DNA of 64,000 nt from a phage, in NCBI GenBank assembly GCA_033648345.1, contig GCA_033648345.1_4121.1; one strand, given 5' to 3'. This document shows positions 63,709-64,000 of this stretch, piece after piece. The position numbers were made by a program, and so were the translations under genes. Under the pieces are notes generated by a model. It saw only the letters and a program-made list of their open reading frames with translations. It was not told where the DNA came from and made no database searches. Positions within the stretch are counted from its first letter, which is position 1. Each line of letters begins with the position of its first letter.

Positions 63709-64000
63709 ATGGAGATTAAAACTGTTGAGAATGGAAAGATAGATGACATTTTAGAGTTGGACGCATTCAAAGTTCATGATATAATGTTCAATGTAAAGGA
63801 CATAATTCAGTGCTTGTTTTTATGCAGTAAAACTATGCACGACTTCTTTCACAATCCAAATACTAATGTTTTCATACTAACAATCAGTACTAGCAATTCG
63901 TTTATCATGGGTATGCCTATGAGTACAAATGACGAGTACATTGATTGTGTTATTCGTAACAATGATAATATTACCCCACAATCTGAAGTACGTAAGAAAA
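63709..64000 (+). CDS. Hypothetical protein, 3' end outside window
   Basis: Open frame from ATG 63709 to window edge by manual translation. Confidence 0.45.
   Translation, partial: MEIKTVENGKIDDILELDAFKVHDIMFNVKDIIQCLFLCSKTMHDFFHNPNTNVFILTISTSNSFIMGMPMSTNDEYIDCVIRNNDNITPQSEVRKK

Noticed and set aside
36272-64000. Calling the FamC motif a bona fide TEV or 3C-type protease cleavage site
   Set aside because: The resemblance (ExxYFQ-S, LFQ) is only at the pattern level, P1-prime is usually not G/S, and no protease gene is present in the window. It is kept as a hypothesis, not an annotation.

Overview
This 64-kb window reads like part of a large AT-rich lytic phage or phage-derived element, with almost all genes on the + strand and packed with overlapping ATGA/TAATG junctions. 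That identification is inferred from gene organisation; no structural or replication hallmark gene was recognised. Layout: (i) 1-2864, three tandem minus-strand RCC1-repeat paralogs; (ii) 2967-7973, a tandem array of about 22 tiny paralogs (FamA, ~60 aa); (iii) 7974-10020, a 2-kb non-coding repeat/iteron region; (iv) 10082-30231, about 55 small early-type genes with a more GC-rich, CTG/CGT/GCG-rich (Enterobacteria-like) codon usage, most with their own sigma70-type promoter, a conserved G-rich 5'UTR hairpin and a Shine-Dalgarno, including a TraR/DksA-like zinc-finger protein, a GNAT-like protein and a protein-kinase-like protein; (v) 30318-36835, 28 tandem paralogs (FamB, ~70 aa, LGTNYQE motif); (vi) 36272 to the window end, about 46 tandem paralogs (FamC, 105-210 aa) sharing the short linear motif EE-x-[FY]-FQ-x-S-[LT]-[VI]. 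Roughly 100 of the ~170 genes therefore fall into three lineage-specific multigene families, which is the most striking signal here. The palindrome AGTACT (often CAGTACTG) is also heavily over-represented in coding and non-coding DNA. No rRNA, tRNA, CRISPR array, integrase or transposase was recognised. CDS coordinates include the stop codon. Many starts were moved downstream of the six-frame track, because track ORFs beginning MFYIE or MNKGGN start inside a promoter -10 or a Shine-Dalgarno. All similarity statements are from reading the sequence, not from database searches.
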